This document shows positions 31,300 through 42,602 of a DNA stretch of 64,000 nucleotides, in pieces; the stretch's first letter is position 1, and the number at the start of each line of letters is the position of its first letter. The translations under genes and the position numbers were made by a program. The stretch comes from an uncultured Syntrophomonadaceae bacterium. Its GTDB lineage: Bacteria > Bacillota > Dethiobacteria > DTU022. The notes under the pieces are model-generated. The model was given only the letters and a program-made list of their open reading frames with translations, was not told the DNA's origin and searched no databases. The DNA lies in the NCBI GenBank assembly GCA_964485855.1, contig CAZAKI010000001.1:33066-97065 (forward strand), written 5' to 3'.

Positions 31300-31851
31300 T
31301 TAGCGCGCATATTTTTTAGCTCCATCAGCATACAGATCATTGCCGTAGGCATCGTTGATCACAGTGGCCGGAAAATCTTTCACCTCGAGTTTGCGAATCG
31401 CTTCCGGCCCCAATTCCGGATAGGCAACAACTTCGCTTTTGATTATTCGTTTCGAGAGTAATGCTCCCGCCCCTCCCACTGCAGCCAAATAGACGCCCTT
31501 ATATTTCTTTAGCGCTTCTTTGACCGCCTGATTTCTTAAACCCTTACCGATACAGGCTTTCATCCCTTTTTCGAGCATCATTGGAGTATAAGCGTCCATC
31601 CGACCGCTGGTTGTCGGTCCGGCTGAACCAATTGCCTGTCCAGGTTTGGCCGGAGCCGGTCCCACGTAATAAATAAACTGTCCCTTTAAATCGATCGGCA
31701 GATCCTCATTTTTTTCCATCAACTCAATTAGTTTTTTATGCGCTGCGTCACGTGCCGTATATATGATTCCACTAATTAATACATTGTCTCCCGCTTTAAG
31801 TGCAAGCACATCCGCATCGCTCAGTGGTGCAGAAATTTTTTTCGGTTCCAT
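31300..31851 (-). CDS. class I (Fe-S) fumarate hydratase / tartrate dehydratase beta subunit
   Basis: 183 aa. Matches the Fe-S hydro-lyase beta (FumB/TtdB type) family. Confidence 0.85.
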   Translation of the reverse strand: MEPKKISAPLSDADVLALKAGDNVLISGIIYTARDAAHKKLIELMEKNEDLPIDLKGQFIYYVGPAPAKPGQAIGSAGPTTSGRMDAYTPMMLEKGMKACIGKGLRNQAVKEALKKYKGVYLAAVGGAGALLSKRIIKSEVVAYPELGPEAIRKLEVKDFPATVINDAYGNDLYADGAKKYAR

Positions 31852-31881
31852 TGTGCTGTCCTCCTTCCTGCTTTGATCAAA

Positions 31882-32727
31882 TTATATTTCTCGTTCCAGG
31901 TGGCGGCAGGCATGGCAATTAATATTGACTGCCGCTGCCATGCTGGCGATATGTGAAGGAAATGTTTCAATATGAACGGCAAGAGCAAAAGTCCTACCAC
32001 CGAAACCCTGGGGACCTACGCCTAGATCATTGATCTTGCTCAGTATTTTCGCTTCAAGCTCCGCGAAAACCGGATCGCCATGCTTTGAACCTATTTGGCG
32101 GAAAAGGGCTTTTTTGGCCATCACCGCAACCTTGTCAAAAGTACCACCTATGCCGACACCAACAACTATCGGGGGACAAGGATTCGGTCCGGCAGCTTTA
32201 ACGTGATTGACAACAAAGTCAATTACTCCGGCTTCACCATCCGACGGTTTCAGCATTTTTACCGTGCTCATATTTTCACTGCCGCCGCCTTTTGGGGCAA
32301 AAGAGATCTTCACTTTATCACCGGGTACAAGATCCGTATAAATTACCGCCGGGGTATTATCTCCGGTGTTTTTCCTCTGGTAGAGAGGATCATCGACAAT
32401 TGATTTGCGTAGATATCCTTCTTCATATCCTTTGCGCACACCAGCATGAATCGCTTCCTCAAGCGTTCCTCCCGTCAGATGCACTTCCTGTCCCCACTCG
32501 ACAAAAAAAACAGCAAACCCCGTATCCTGGCAGATCGGAATTTGCTCATTTCTGGCAATCTCAACGTTTTCAATCAGCTGTTTTAAGACTTCCTTACCTG
32601 TTGGCGATTCTTCAGTATCCATTGACTTTTTTAAGGCAGAAAAGACGTCTTCGCCTAAGTAGATGTTTGCTTTCTGGCACATCTCGGCCACATGATCACT
32701 AATAACAGACGCGGCAAGCTCCCGCAA
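31882..32727 (-). CDS. class I (Fe-S) fumarate hydratase / tartrate dehydratase alpha subunit
   Basis: Fe-S hydro-lyase alpha with Cys ligands. The start is set at TTG 32727 (MRELAASV...), 8 nt after GGGAGG. The GTG at 32736 overlaps the Shine-Dalgarno. Confidence 0.85.
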   Translation of the reverse strand: MRELAASVISDHVAEMCQKANIYLGEDVFSALKKSMDTEESPTGKEVLKQLIENVEIARNEQIPICQDTGFAVFFVEWGQEVHLTGGTLEEAIHAGVRKGYEEGYLRKSIVDDPLYQRKNTGDNTPAVIYTDLVPGDKVKISFAPKGGGSENMSTVKMLKPSDGEAGVIDFVVNHVKAAGPNPCPPIVVGVGIGGTFDKVAVMAKKALFRQIGSKHGDPVFAELEAKILSKINDLGVGPQGFGGRTFALAVHIETFPSHIASMAAAVNINCHACRHLEREI

Positions 32728-32856
32728 ACCAGACACCTCCCATGAAATTTCTGCAGTTGTACATTTATATTTCTTTTTCGGCCTGCATGGGGAAATTCCT
32801 GCCGCTAATTATAAAATTTATTATAATTCTAAAATTTATCATGGAAGGCTTGCCGG

Positions 32857-33744
32857 CTATTTTGCTACTTTAGCCATTAACTTTTTGTAATCCCGATCAA
32901 CTTCTGCCTGCAAGTGTTCTAATTTAGCTTGATCCATGTTCTTAAAACGTTTTTGTCTCCCCAAATATTCACTGAGTGGAACGCTTTTAATGTCAGCCTG
33001 AACGGTCATCCTCCAGGTGGTGCCATTATCTACTTCAAAAAGAGGGAAGAAACCGGTTGTAACCGCTAGCCTTGATATTTCAACGGTTTCTGATGATTCA
33101 GTCCCCCAGCCAGGCGGGCAGGGCGATAATATATGAATAAAGCGAAAGCCCTTTATCGCTTTGGCTTTCTTCAGTTTTGCATCCAAATCTTCAGGATAAG
33201 CGATCGTTGCCGTTGCTATATACGGTACACTATGCGCCGCCATGATCTGCATGATGTCTTTCTTTTCTCCCTCTTTGAAGAGTGGATAGGGCGCGGTGTT
33301 TGTCCTCGCACCAAAAGGTGTCGCCGAACTTGTTTGCATACCTGTATTCATATAAGCTTCGTTATCATAACAGACAAAAATGAAGTCTTCGTTTCTCTGG
33401 GCTGCTCCAGACAAGGCTTGAAGGCCGATATCAAAAGTACCGCCATCTCCGGCCAGCACGACAACTGTAGTCTCATGGTAACCTTTTGCCTCCAAGCCCC
33501 TTTTAAGCCCGCTCCCTACAGAACCGGCGCTGGGAAACGGACAGTGTAGGACAGGGCATTTTAAGGCATTTAAAGGAGGCATCCCGGCAATAATACTCCA
33601 GCAGGATGCAGTTAGCGCAACAGCAATATTGGATCCAAGAGCCTTGGTTAGAAAACGGACGGCGAGCGCAGCACCGCAGCCCGGACAGGCATTATGCCCG
33701 GAATAAACCATTTCCTGTTGATGGACTAATGCTTCCGGTTTCAT
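32857..33744 (-). CDS. 2-oxoacid:ferredoxin oxidoreductase beta subunit (TPP-binding)
   Basis: 295 aa. N-terminal CPGCG and TPP motif GDGG...N (VVVLAGDGGTFDIG...YDNEAYMNTG). Confidence 0.85.
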   Translation of the reverse strand: MKPEALVHQQEMVYSGHNACPGCGAALAVRFLTKALGSNIAVALTASCWSIIAGMPPLNALKCPVLHCPFPSAGSVGSGLKRGLEAKGYHETTVVVLAGDGGTFDIGLQALSGAAQRNEDFIFVCYDNEAYMNTGMQTSSATPFGARTNTAPYPLFKEGEKKDIMQIMAAHSVPYIATATIAYPEDLDAKLKKAKAIKGFRFIHILSPCPPGWGTESSETVEISRLAVTTGFFPLFEVDNGTTWRMTVQADIKSVPLSEYLGRQKRFKNMDQAKLEHLQAEVDRDYKKLMAKVAK

Positions 33745-34889
33745 TTTAGATGATCACCCCAGACTTCAAGATACTGGTCATTTGTCTCTGCGTTGCCTGC
33801 ACTGAGCATGTTCAAAAGCATATCTCCGGTTAAATCGATGCCGCCGGCCAAGATCAGATCCCTGATTACAGGCTTTACCGGCAACTGGTAAAGAGCTTGA
33901 CAGAGTTCCTGGGCAAATACTCCGCCGCTCCCGATTGAATAGTTGCGATCAAGAACAATAATCTCTTCCAGCTCATAAGCTTTGACGATCGCACGCAGTC
34001 TTTCGGCGGGAAAAGGTCTGAACATCCGCAGCTTGATTAGCCCGATATTTTCCAGGTCTGGCAAAGACCACTTTACCGTTTCTGCTAATGCCCCAACCGC
34101 CATAATAGCTTTTCTGGCACCGGCAGGAATATATTCCTCCACATCTTGGTAACTACGGCCGAAAACTTTTTTAAACTGTTTATTGATCTCGGCAAAAACT
34201 TCCGGCGCAAGATGCATCGCATCGTCGCGATTTTTTACCAACTTATGGACTGTTTCACCGGTTGACAATCCGTGCAAATTTTCCGGATATCCCGGAACAA
34301 CCTGGGCTTTAAAATTTGGCGGTCCGATTAAACTTTGCACCAAAGATTTTTCTGCAATATCGACCACCTCATAGGTATGAGAAATATAGAATCCGTCAAA
34401 TACCACCATGCAGGGCAAAAGCAATTTTTCAGCCAGCGAAAATGCCTGTAAAACAGTATCAAAGACTTCCTGGGCATTGGCACAATAAATCTGAAGCCAT
34501 CCTGTGTCCCGCTGGCTGAGACTGTCGCCCTGATCCGGATCGAGACACCAGGGGGCACCGATAGCCCGGTTCACGTTAACCATAACGATTGGCAGTCTTG
34601 CTCCGCTGGACCAATGAATCATTTCATGCATGTAGGCCAGACCATGTGAAGCAGTAGCGGTAAAGACCCTGGCTCCAGAAGCTGACGCACCGGTACAAAA
34701 GGCAAGAGCTGAATATTCAGACTCAACACTGACAAATTCGCCTCCCAACTCTCCCCTGGCATCAAAATCAGCTAAAGTTTCAACAATTGCCGTTTGCGGT
34801 GTAATCGGATAAGCAGCGATCAGATCAACACCAACTCTTTGAACGGCTGTTGCGGCGGCCTGGCTGCCACTAATCATCTCAAAAGTCAT
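33741..34889 (-). CDS. 2-oxoacid:ferredoxin oxidoreductase alpha subunit
   Basis: 382 aa POR/KOR alpha-type protein. Its coding sequence overlaps the beta gene by 4 nt and the upstream gene by 11 nt. Confidence 0.85.
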   Translation of the reverse strand: MTFEMISGSQAAATAVQRVGVDLIAAYPITPQTAIVETLADFDARGELGGEFVSVESEYSALAFCTGASASGARVFTATASHGLAYMHEMIHWSSGARLPIVMVNVNRAIGAPWCLDPDQGDSLSQRDTGWLQIYCANAQEVFDTVLQAFSLAEKLLLPCMVVFDGFYISHTYEVVDIAEKSLVQSLIGPPNFKAQVVPGYPENLHGLSTGETVHKLVKNRDDAMHLAPEVFAEINKQFKKVFGRSYQDVEEYIPAGARKAIMAVGALAETVKWSLPDLENIGLIKLRMFRPFPAERLRAIVKAYELEEIIVLDRNYSIGSGGVFAQELCQALYQLPVKPVIRDLILAGGIDLTGDMLLNMLSAGNAETNDQYLEVWGDHLK

Positions 34890-36435
34890 TCGCCGGCTCC
34901 TCCTTCATTTCCAAAGCTCTGGCCGGGCATTCGTTGACGCAGATGCCACAGCCCTTGCAATAGTCCAGGTTAAACTCAAAACGACCGTTTGCTATGACAA
35001 CAGCTAAATCAGGACAGTATAGATAACAGATACCGCATGAATTACAGGTTCCGCAACCAAGGCAGCGTTCTGCTTCTGCCACCGGGTTGTCGTCCCGCTG
35101 TTTTAAATCAAGATTATTTCTTGCAGCCAGATTTAAATATTCAAAGGTAACTGGATCACCATAATTGGCCTGGAAACTCAAATCTTTTAATTTTTCATCA
35201 ACATTTTTAATCGCCTCCGCCGCACAGTGTCCAGCTTTAATTGCTTCTGCCACTGTTGCCGGGCCACTGACTAAATCTCCTCCGGCAAAAATATTTTGAC
35301 TACTATTGATAGTACCCAATCCTGCTAAATCAGGAACCTGGCCAAGAGCCATAATTACGGATTGACAATCTTTAATAAAACTTCTATCCCGATCGACAAA
35401 CAAACCTTGTTTTTCAGTCCGACAGTAATCAATCCTTACACCAATTATTCTTTCTTCGGTTTTAATAATCTCACGTGGTAAAGCATTAAAAATAAACTCT
35501 ACGCCTTCCTGCTCTGCCAGATCAATTTCATGTTGATCGGCTGGCATCTCAGGTCTGCTGCGCCTGTAGATTAAAACAACATGTTGCACTCCGGCAATGC
35601 GTAGTGCACTACGTGCACTGTCGATTGCTGCATTACCACCGCCAATGACAACAACTGTTTTGCCAACCTCTGGGATCCTACTTTGATTGTATTGGCAGAG
35701 AAAGTCAAGAGCATTATAAACATAGCGACTTTCCGCACCCGGAATATTGGATTTGCGTGCAAGCCAGGCTCCAGTAGCCAGAAAAACCTGTTCATGCTGT
35801 TTGTATAGATCATCGAGCTGAAAATCTTTGCCCAAGGCGCTATTGGTTTTAAAAATAATGCCTTCCGCTTTCAAGATGGCCAGCTCTTGTCTTAGAATAT
35901 CACGTGGTAACCTGTATTCCGGGATGCCAAGCGCAAGCATACCACCGATTACTGCTGATCTTTCGTAAATGGTAACCCCATAGCCGGCTGAGGAGAGATA
36001 ATAGGCACAGCTTAAACCAGCCGGGCCGGAGCCGACAATAGCGATCTCCTTCTTTACTTCTTTGTTTCTTTCTGGCGGCTGATAATGATCAAGTCTCCAC
36101 AAACCAATTGCCTTTTCCACTGCTCTGATATTAATTCCCTGATCCAACTGAGTCCTGTTACAGTTTTGCTCACAGGGGTTAAAACAAACATAACCGGTAA
36201 TTGCCGGGAAAGGATTATAGCGGCTCATAATCTCCCAGGCTTCTGCCCATTTTTTTTGTTTTACCGCTTCAAGCCAAGCCGGTATTTCACCGTCCAAAAG
36301 ACAGCCCTGGCGACATGGTGATAACCGATTCATTTTGAAGGGAGTTAAAAAACGCCACTCCCCGGTCTTGTTGACCGTGATAGCTTTAGATCCACCGGCA
36401 AACAATGTTGGTACCTGGCTAGCGATCAACTGCAA
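34879..36435 (-). CDS. fusion protein: a GltD-like NAD(P)H-dependent FAD/Fe-S oxidoreductase module joined to an OFOR delta-type 2x[4Fe-4S] ferredoxin domain
   Basis: N-terminal Cys-rich helical ferredoxin-like segment (CRQGC...CFNPCEQNC). Two dinucleotide folds (IAIVGSGPAGLSCAYYL and VVVIGGGNAAIDSARSA). C-terminal CxxCxxCxxxCP motifs (CKGCGICVNECP). TTG start with an AAGGAGG Shine-Dalgarno. It overlaps the gamma gene by 17 nt. Confidence 0.75.
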   Translation of the reverse strand: MQLIASQVPTLFAGGSKAITVNKTGEWRFLTPFKMNRLSPCRQGCLLDGEIPAWLEAVKQKKWAEAWEIMSRYNPFPAITGYVCFNPCEQNCNRTQLDQGINIRAVEKAIGLWRLDHYQPPERNKEVKKEIAIVGSGPAGLSCAYYLSSAGYGVTIYERSAVIGGMLALGIPEYRLPRDILRQELAILKAEGIIFKTNSALGKDFQLDDLYKQHEQVFLATGAWLARKSNIPGAESRYVYNALDFLCQYNQSRIPEVGKTVVVIGGGNAAIDSARSALRIAGVQHVVLIYRRSRPEMPADQHEIDLAEQEGVEFIFNALPREIIKTEERIIGVRIDYCRTEKQGLFVDRDRSFIKDCQSVIMALGQVPDLAGLGTINSSQNIFAGGDLVSGPATVAEAIKAGHCAAEAIKNVDEKLKDLSFQANYGDPVTFEYLNLAARNNLDLKQRDDNPVAEAERCLGCGTCNSCGICYLYCPDLAVVIANGRFEFNLDYCKGCGICVNECPARALEMKEEPANDF

Positions 36436-37015
36436 GGTACGCCACCTCCTTTACACTAGCAAATCCCTCGGTGGTCGCATTAATATTAGCATCAAGGCTT
36501 ACTGAAACTCTTTTCTTAATCGATGCCGTCAAATGTTCCAGGTTGACCAATCCACTTACTTTAGCCATAGCCCCAAGCATCACCGTATTAACCATTGGAA
36601 AACTACCGATGGCCAGATTATTTTTCAAGGCAATTTCTTTAGCCTCAATTTGAAATACTTTATACTGGCAGAGATTAGTCCTATTTTTTTCGAATAGTTT
36701 CCGCCAATCTTCCCCGGCATTAATAATCAGATTTCCTTCCTCCTGCAGGCCAGAAAAAAGAGTCTGTCTGCTAATTGTTGCATCAAACACTACCACATAA
36801 TCAGGATGATAAATTCTGCTACGGGGCATCAGCCGCTCCGGACTAATTCTAATGAAAGCAGTTACCGGCGCACCGCGACGCTCAGCGCCAAAAAGGGAAA
36901 AAGCCCGGGCATATTTACCGCTTAAAAATACAGCTTCGGCAAAAATCGATGCGGCTACAACAATCCCCTGCCCCCCCCTGCCGTGTAACCTAAATTCGGT
37001 TATTCCTCTGCGCAT
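36419..37015 (-). CDS. 2-oxoacid:ferredoxin oxidoreductase gamma subunit
   Basis: 198 aa POR/KOR/VOR gamma-type protein with a GGGAGG Shine-Dalgarno. It is the first gene of a gamma/delta/alpha/beta order. Confidence 0.85.
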   Translation of the reverse strand: MRRGITEFRLHGRGGQGIVVAASIFAEAVFLSGKYARAFSLFGAERRGAPVTAFIRISPERLMPRSRIYHPDYVVVFDATISRQTLFSGLQEEGNLIINAGEDWRKLFEKNRTNLCQYKVFQIEAKEIALKNNLAIGSFPMVNTVMLGAMAKVSGLVNLEHLTASIKKRVSVSLDANINATTEGFASVKEVAYLAVDR

Positions 37016-37030
37016 TTACATTCCTCCCTA

Positions 37031-37071
37031 CAATATTTTGCAAGATGAAATAGTTTGCTTGCAAAATATTG
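37031..37071. promoter_or_regulatory. perfect 14-bp inverted repeat, CAATATTTTGCAAG-N13-CTTGCAAAATATTG, in the 5' leader just upstream of the gamma-subunit Shine-Dalgarno
   Basis: Direct reading. A third partial TTTTGCAA copy lies near 37239..37248, overlapping the -12 region of the sigma-54 promoter. Confidence 0.4.
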
Positions 37072-37242
37072 CATGGTTCTTTTTTAAAGTCTTTTCTGTC
37101 CCGCTTTTATTAACATCTAAAGCGTCTCTGCTCTAAGGCCTAAAACTCTCAATAACCTTCCTCAAGCTCTTTAGCCGCCATCCTGGCAAATATTTAACGA
37201 TCAGCATCTCTCCTTATCTCAATTGTTAGCTACAAAATTATT

Positions 37243-37259
37243 TTGCAATTTTCATGCCA
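37243..37259 (-). promoter_or_regulatory. sigma-54 (-24/-12) promoter, TGGCATGAAAATTGCAA, driving the oxidoreductase/TCA-branch operon
   Basis: On the minus strand, the GG and GC dinucleotides are spaced exactly as in the TGGCACG-N4-TTGCW consensus. The site lies 17 nt downstream of the stop of the adjacent sigma-54 activator gene, with a roughly 215-nt leader to the first structural gene. Confidence 0.55.
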
Positions 37260-37275
37260 TAAAAAAAGAGAAATT

Positions 37276-38676
37276 TTAAATTAGGTTTTGTTGGTGAAGT
37301 TTGTTGTAAAGATTGCGGATTGAAATATCGAGGATACGTGCTGCTTCGGCCTTGTTGCCTTTGGCTTCCAGCAAGGCTTGACGCAAAATACCTTTTTCCC
37401 AGCTTTTATGCAGATCTTTTAAACTGCCTAGCGGTTTCTCACTTTCTCCTGTTTCAGTTTTTCCTGTGATCAGGTCGGGCATCATTAAGTGAGATTCAGT
37501 GATCATATTTTCTGTCCGATCTAAGTTAATCACCGCGCGAGCCATTACATTTTGTAACTCCCTGATGTTACCCGGCCAGTCATAGGCTTTCAGTCGTTTA
37601 AATACTGTAGGGGCAATTTCCACTGAATTTAGGCCGTATTCCAGGGCGCAGCGGGAGGCAAAATAATTAGCCAGTAGGGGGATATCACTGAGCATCTCTT
37701 TCAGTGAAGGTAAATAAATCGGAAATACATTGAGACGATAATAAAGATCCTGTCGAAAATAATTATTTTCGACCAGCTTTTCCAGATTGGCATTCGTCGC
37801 CGCTATAATTCGCACATCGATCTGCCGGCTACGTGACTCGCCTACCCTGATTATTTCACCCTCTTGAAGTGCCCTCAGTAATTTGGCTTGAGCTTCCGGA
37901 CCCATCGCACCGATTTCATCTAAAAACAAAGTACCATCAGTAGCCTCTTCAAAATATCCCTTACGCCCTCCTTTTTTAGCACCCGTAAAAGCCCCATCAC
38001 CGTAACCAAAAAGTTCGCTTTCCAGAAGAGTGTCAGTCAGTGATGCGCAGTTAACCCTGATAAACGGTTGATCAGCCCTTTCACTGTCATGATGAATGGC
38101 ATGAGCAAAAAGTTCTTTACCAGTACCACACTCACCTCGTAATAATATGGATACCGGGGTTGAGGCAGCCTGCCTTGCTCGCTCTATAGCTTTGCGCAGT
38201 GACATGCTGTCACCGATAATGTCTTTAAAAGTATAACGAGATTCCAATTTCCGGACCAGCCGGCGAGTGCGTTCCAACTCTTCCATCACCAGCCTCAACT
38301 CAGAAATATCGTGAATTACTCCGACACTACCCTTGATCTCTTTATTTAAGAATAAGGGGGCACAGCTTACGATTACTTCTCTGCGCAGTGGTCCTACTTT
38401 CATTCGAACTCCGGTAATCGCTTTTCCACTTTCCAGGACTTTTAAGTGGACACTTTCTCCTTCTGCAATATCAACAGTTGCCGGTTTATTTAACACTTGT
38501 TCTCTGGTCATTCCCGTAATTCTGGTGTAAGCGCTATTAATCATCATTCCGTTCCCTTTTTCATCAACTATAGAGACCGCATCGGACAGTGAATCAATAA
38601 TGGCCTGAAGAAGAACCATAGAGTCTTTTCCATCATTTAATAACCTAAATTGACCCTTAGAAAGATTACTGATCAT
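37276..38676 (-). CDS. sigma-54-dependent transcriptional activator (PAS sensor + AAA+ sigma-54 interaction domain + Fis-type HTH)
   Basis: 466 aa. GAFTGA-type motif (GDGAFTGA), Walker A GECGTGKE, and a C-terminal HTH ([18 protein letters not shown]). Confidence 0.9.
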   Translation of the reverse strand: MISNLSKGQFRLLNDGKDSMVLLQAIIDSLSDAVSIVDEKGNGMMINSAYTRITGMTREQVLNKPATVDIAEGESVHLKVLESGKAITGVRMKVGPLRREVIVSCAPLFLNKEIKGSVGVIHDISELRLVMEELERTRRLVRKLESRYTFKDIIGDSMSLRKAIERARQAASTPVSILLRGECGTGKELFAHAIHHDSERADQPFIRVNCASLTDTLLESELFGYGDGAFTGAKKGGRKGYFEEATDGTLFLDEIGAMGPEAQAKLLRALQEGEIIRVGESRSRQIDVRIIAATNANLEKLVENNYFRQDLYYRLNVFPIYLPSLKEMLSDIPLLANYFASRCALEYGLNSVEIAPTVFKRLKAYDWPGNIRELQNVMARAVINLDRTENMITESHLMMPDLITGKTETGESEKPLGSLKDLHKSWEKGILRQALLEAKGNKAEAARILDISIRNLYNKLHQQNLI

Positions 38677-38688
38677 TGAAGGTTTTCC

Positions 38689-40731
<2,043 letters not shown>

Positions 40732-40922
40732 CTACTTAACTTTTTATCTTTAGTAATAAGTTCAATTTTATTTTATTATTCCCTTTTTTCCTTGCACAAT
40801 TTTGCACGATTCTTACATCGTTTGACCTGTTAAATTTCGTCTTGTTAACCTGGACTAAAATATTTTTATATATCATCAGCCCTTGCTTGTTTGCAGAATT
40901 TAGATTAAAATAATAAACATAA

Positions 40923-40932
40923 CGACCGGTCG
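40923..40932. promoter_or_regulatory. perfect 10-bp palindrome CGACCGGTCG, probably the TetR operator, 20 nt upstream of the tetR ATG
   Basis: Direct reading. It is located between an AT-rich promoter region and the Shine-Dalgarno (AGGAGA). Confidence 0.4.
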
Positions 40933-40952
40933 GTTTATTTTAGGAGACGGTA

Positions 40953-41555
40953 ATGAATAATTTGGAACGTAAAATTCAAACTAAAACAAACATTGTGCAA
41001 TCCGCCACATCGTTATTTGCCCGCAATGGTTATGAAGCAACCAGCGTTGCCGAAATCTGTACACTTGCCGGGGTTAGTAAAGGAGCTTTTTATTACCATT
41101 TTGAAAGCAAGGAAGCCGTTTTGTTTAAATTGATTGATTCCTGGTTAAAAACCATCGAGGAAAACCTTTCCGAAATTACATTTAAAGCCAAAACTGTGCC
41201 TGACGGCTTGATCGAAATGGCCGGTATGATGCAGACTGTCTTCGATCATAATCGATTTTTTATGGGTTTATTTCTAGAATTATGGACCAACGCGCATCGT
41301 AATGAAAAAATCCGCCAGGCAACCCTGGCTCCCTACGAACGGTTCAAAAATCTTTTTTCCGAACTGATAAACCGTGGTAGTGAAGAGAAATCTTTAAAAA
41401 CGGTCGATCCCGAAACGGCAGGCCAGCTCTTGCTGTCGCTCTCCAGTGGTTTCTTTTTACAGGCTGCTCTTGAACCAGATCGCCGTGATTGGGGCAGTAA
41501 GCTGCAGAAGAGTATTGAAATGTTATTAGATGGTTTAAAACGGGGGAATAGTTAG
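40953..41555 (+). CDS. TetR/AcrR family transcriptional regulator
   Basis: 200 aa with an N-terminal HTH (ATSVAEICTLAGVSKGAFYYHF). Confidence 0.85.
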   Translation: MNNLERKIQTKTNIVQSATSLFARNGYEATSVAEICTLAGVSKGAFYYHFESKEAVLFKLIDSWLKTIEENLSEITFKAKTVPDGLIEMAGMMQTVFDHNRFFMGLFLELWTNAHRNEKIRQATLAPYERFKNLFSELINRGSEEKSLKTVDPETAGQLLLSLSSGFFLQAALEPDRRDWGSKLQKSIEMLLDGLKRGNS

Positions 41556-42602
41556 ATGATATTGGTAACCGGCGCAGCAGGACATCTGGGTAACGTTCTG
41601 GTTCGAGAGCTCTTAGCAGCAGATGAAAAAGTTCGAGCCCTTGTTCACCCGGGCGAACCTCTTCATTCTTTACAGGGAATGCTGATTGAGGTTATTGTCG
41701 GCGACATCCTTGATCGTGATTTATTAAATCGGGCCATGTGGGGTATTGATACAGTTTTTCATTTAGCGGGGATCATTGCCATCAGACCCGGGATGGAAGA
41801 TCTGATGACCAAGGTTAATGTTGAAGGTGCCCGAAACGTGGCCGAAGCTGCTTTAAACAACCATGTTCGTCGCCTGGTTCATGTCAGCTCGGTTCATGCC
41901 TTTCGACGTGAACCGCTGGGTACTGTAATTGATGAACAGACACCCCTTGCTCTTGATAGCCCGATGGGTACCTATGATCGAACAAAAGCGGAAGGCACCA
42001 AAACAATCCTTGATTTTATCGCTAAAGGTCTTGATGCGGTTATTGTCTGTCCCAGCGGGATCATCGGTCTTCACGATTATCGGGGATCGGAAATTGGCAA
42101 AGCCCTGCTTTCTTTTGCCACCACTCGTCCTACCCTTCTGGTTGATGGTGCATACGATTTTGTTGATGTCCGTGATGTTGCCCGCGGTTTAATCCAAGCA
42201 AAAGATAAGGGTAAAAAGGGTGAAATCTATATATTGTCAGGCTCACAGGCATCGGTTGAAAACCTGTGCCAGATGGCCCAGCAGGCCAGCGGCACTAAAA
42301 GTGTGATGTATAAAATACCGATTCACTTTGCCATTCTAGTGCTCGGTTTATTGCAGGGACTGATTAGTTGGTTAAAAATTAAATCCAGATATACAGTTTA
42401 TTCCCTGCAAACCCTGCTTGGTAATTCTGTTTTTAGTTCACTCAAGGCCAAAAACGAGCTGGGGTACCAGGCAAGGCCGTTAAGCGAAGCAATTGCCGAT
42501 TATATCAATTGGAGCTACCAAAGATTTAAACTTGCAAGAACTAATACTAAGACAGTAAACAAATGCGTACCGTCCAAGAAAAATCCACCTTCGGTTGCTT
42601 AA
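41556..42602 (+). CDS. NAD(P)-dependent epimerase/dehydratase-family (extended SDR) oxidoreductase
   Basis: 348 aa with GAAGHLG Rossmann motif and YxxxK. Its ATG overlaps the tetR stop, so the two are likely co-transcribed. Confidence 0.75.
   Translation: MILVTGAAGHLGNVLVRELLAADEKVRALVHPGEPLHSLQGMLIEVIVGDILDRDLLNRAMWGIDTVFHLAGIIAIRPGMEDLMTKVNVEGARNVAEAALNNHVRRLVHVSSVHAFRREPLGTVIDEQTPLALDSPMGTYDRTKAEGTKTILDFIAKGLDAVIVCPSGIIGLHDYRGSEIGKALLSFATTRPTLLVDGAYDFVDVRDVARGLIQAKDKGKKGEIYILSGSQASVENLCQMAQQASGTKSVMYKIPIHFAILVLGLLQGLISWLKIKSRYTVYSLQTLLGNSVFSSLKAKNELGYQARPLSEAIADYINWSYQRFKLARTNTKTVNKCVPSKKNPPSVA

Noticed and set aside
37176-37195. Plus-strand TGGCAAATATTTAACG, considered as a sigma-54 -24-like element.
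   Set aside because: It is in the wrong orientation for the operon and has no TTGC at the correct spacing. The minus-strand site at 37243..37259 fits far better.
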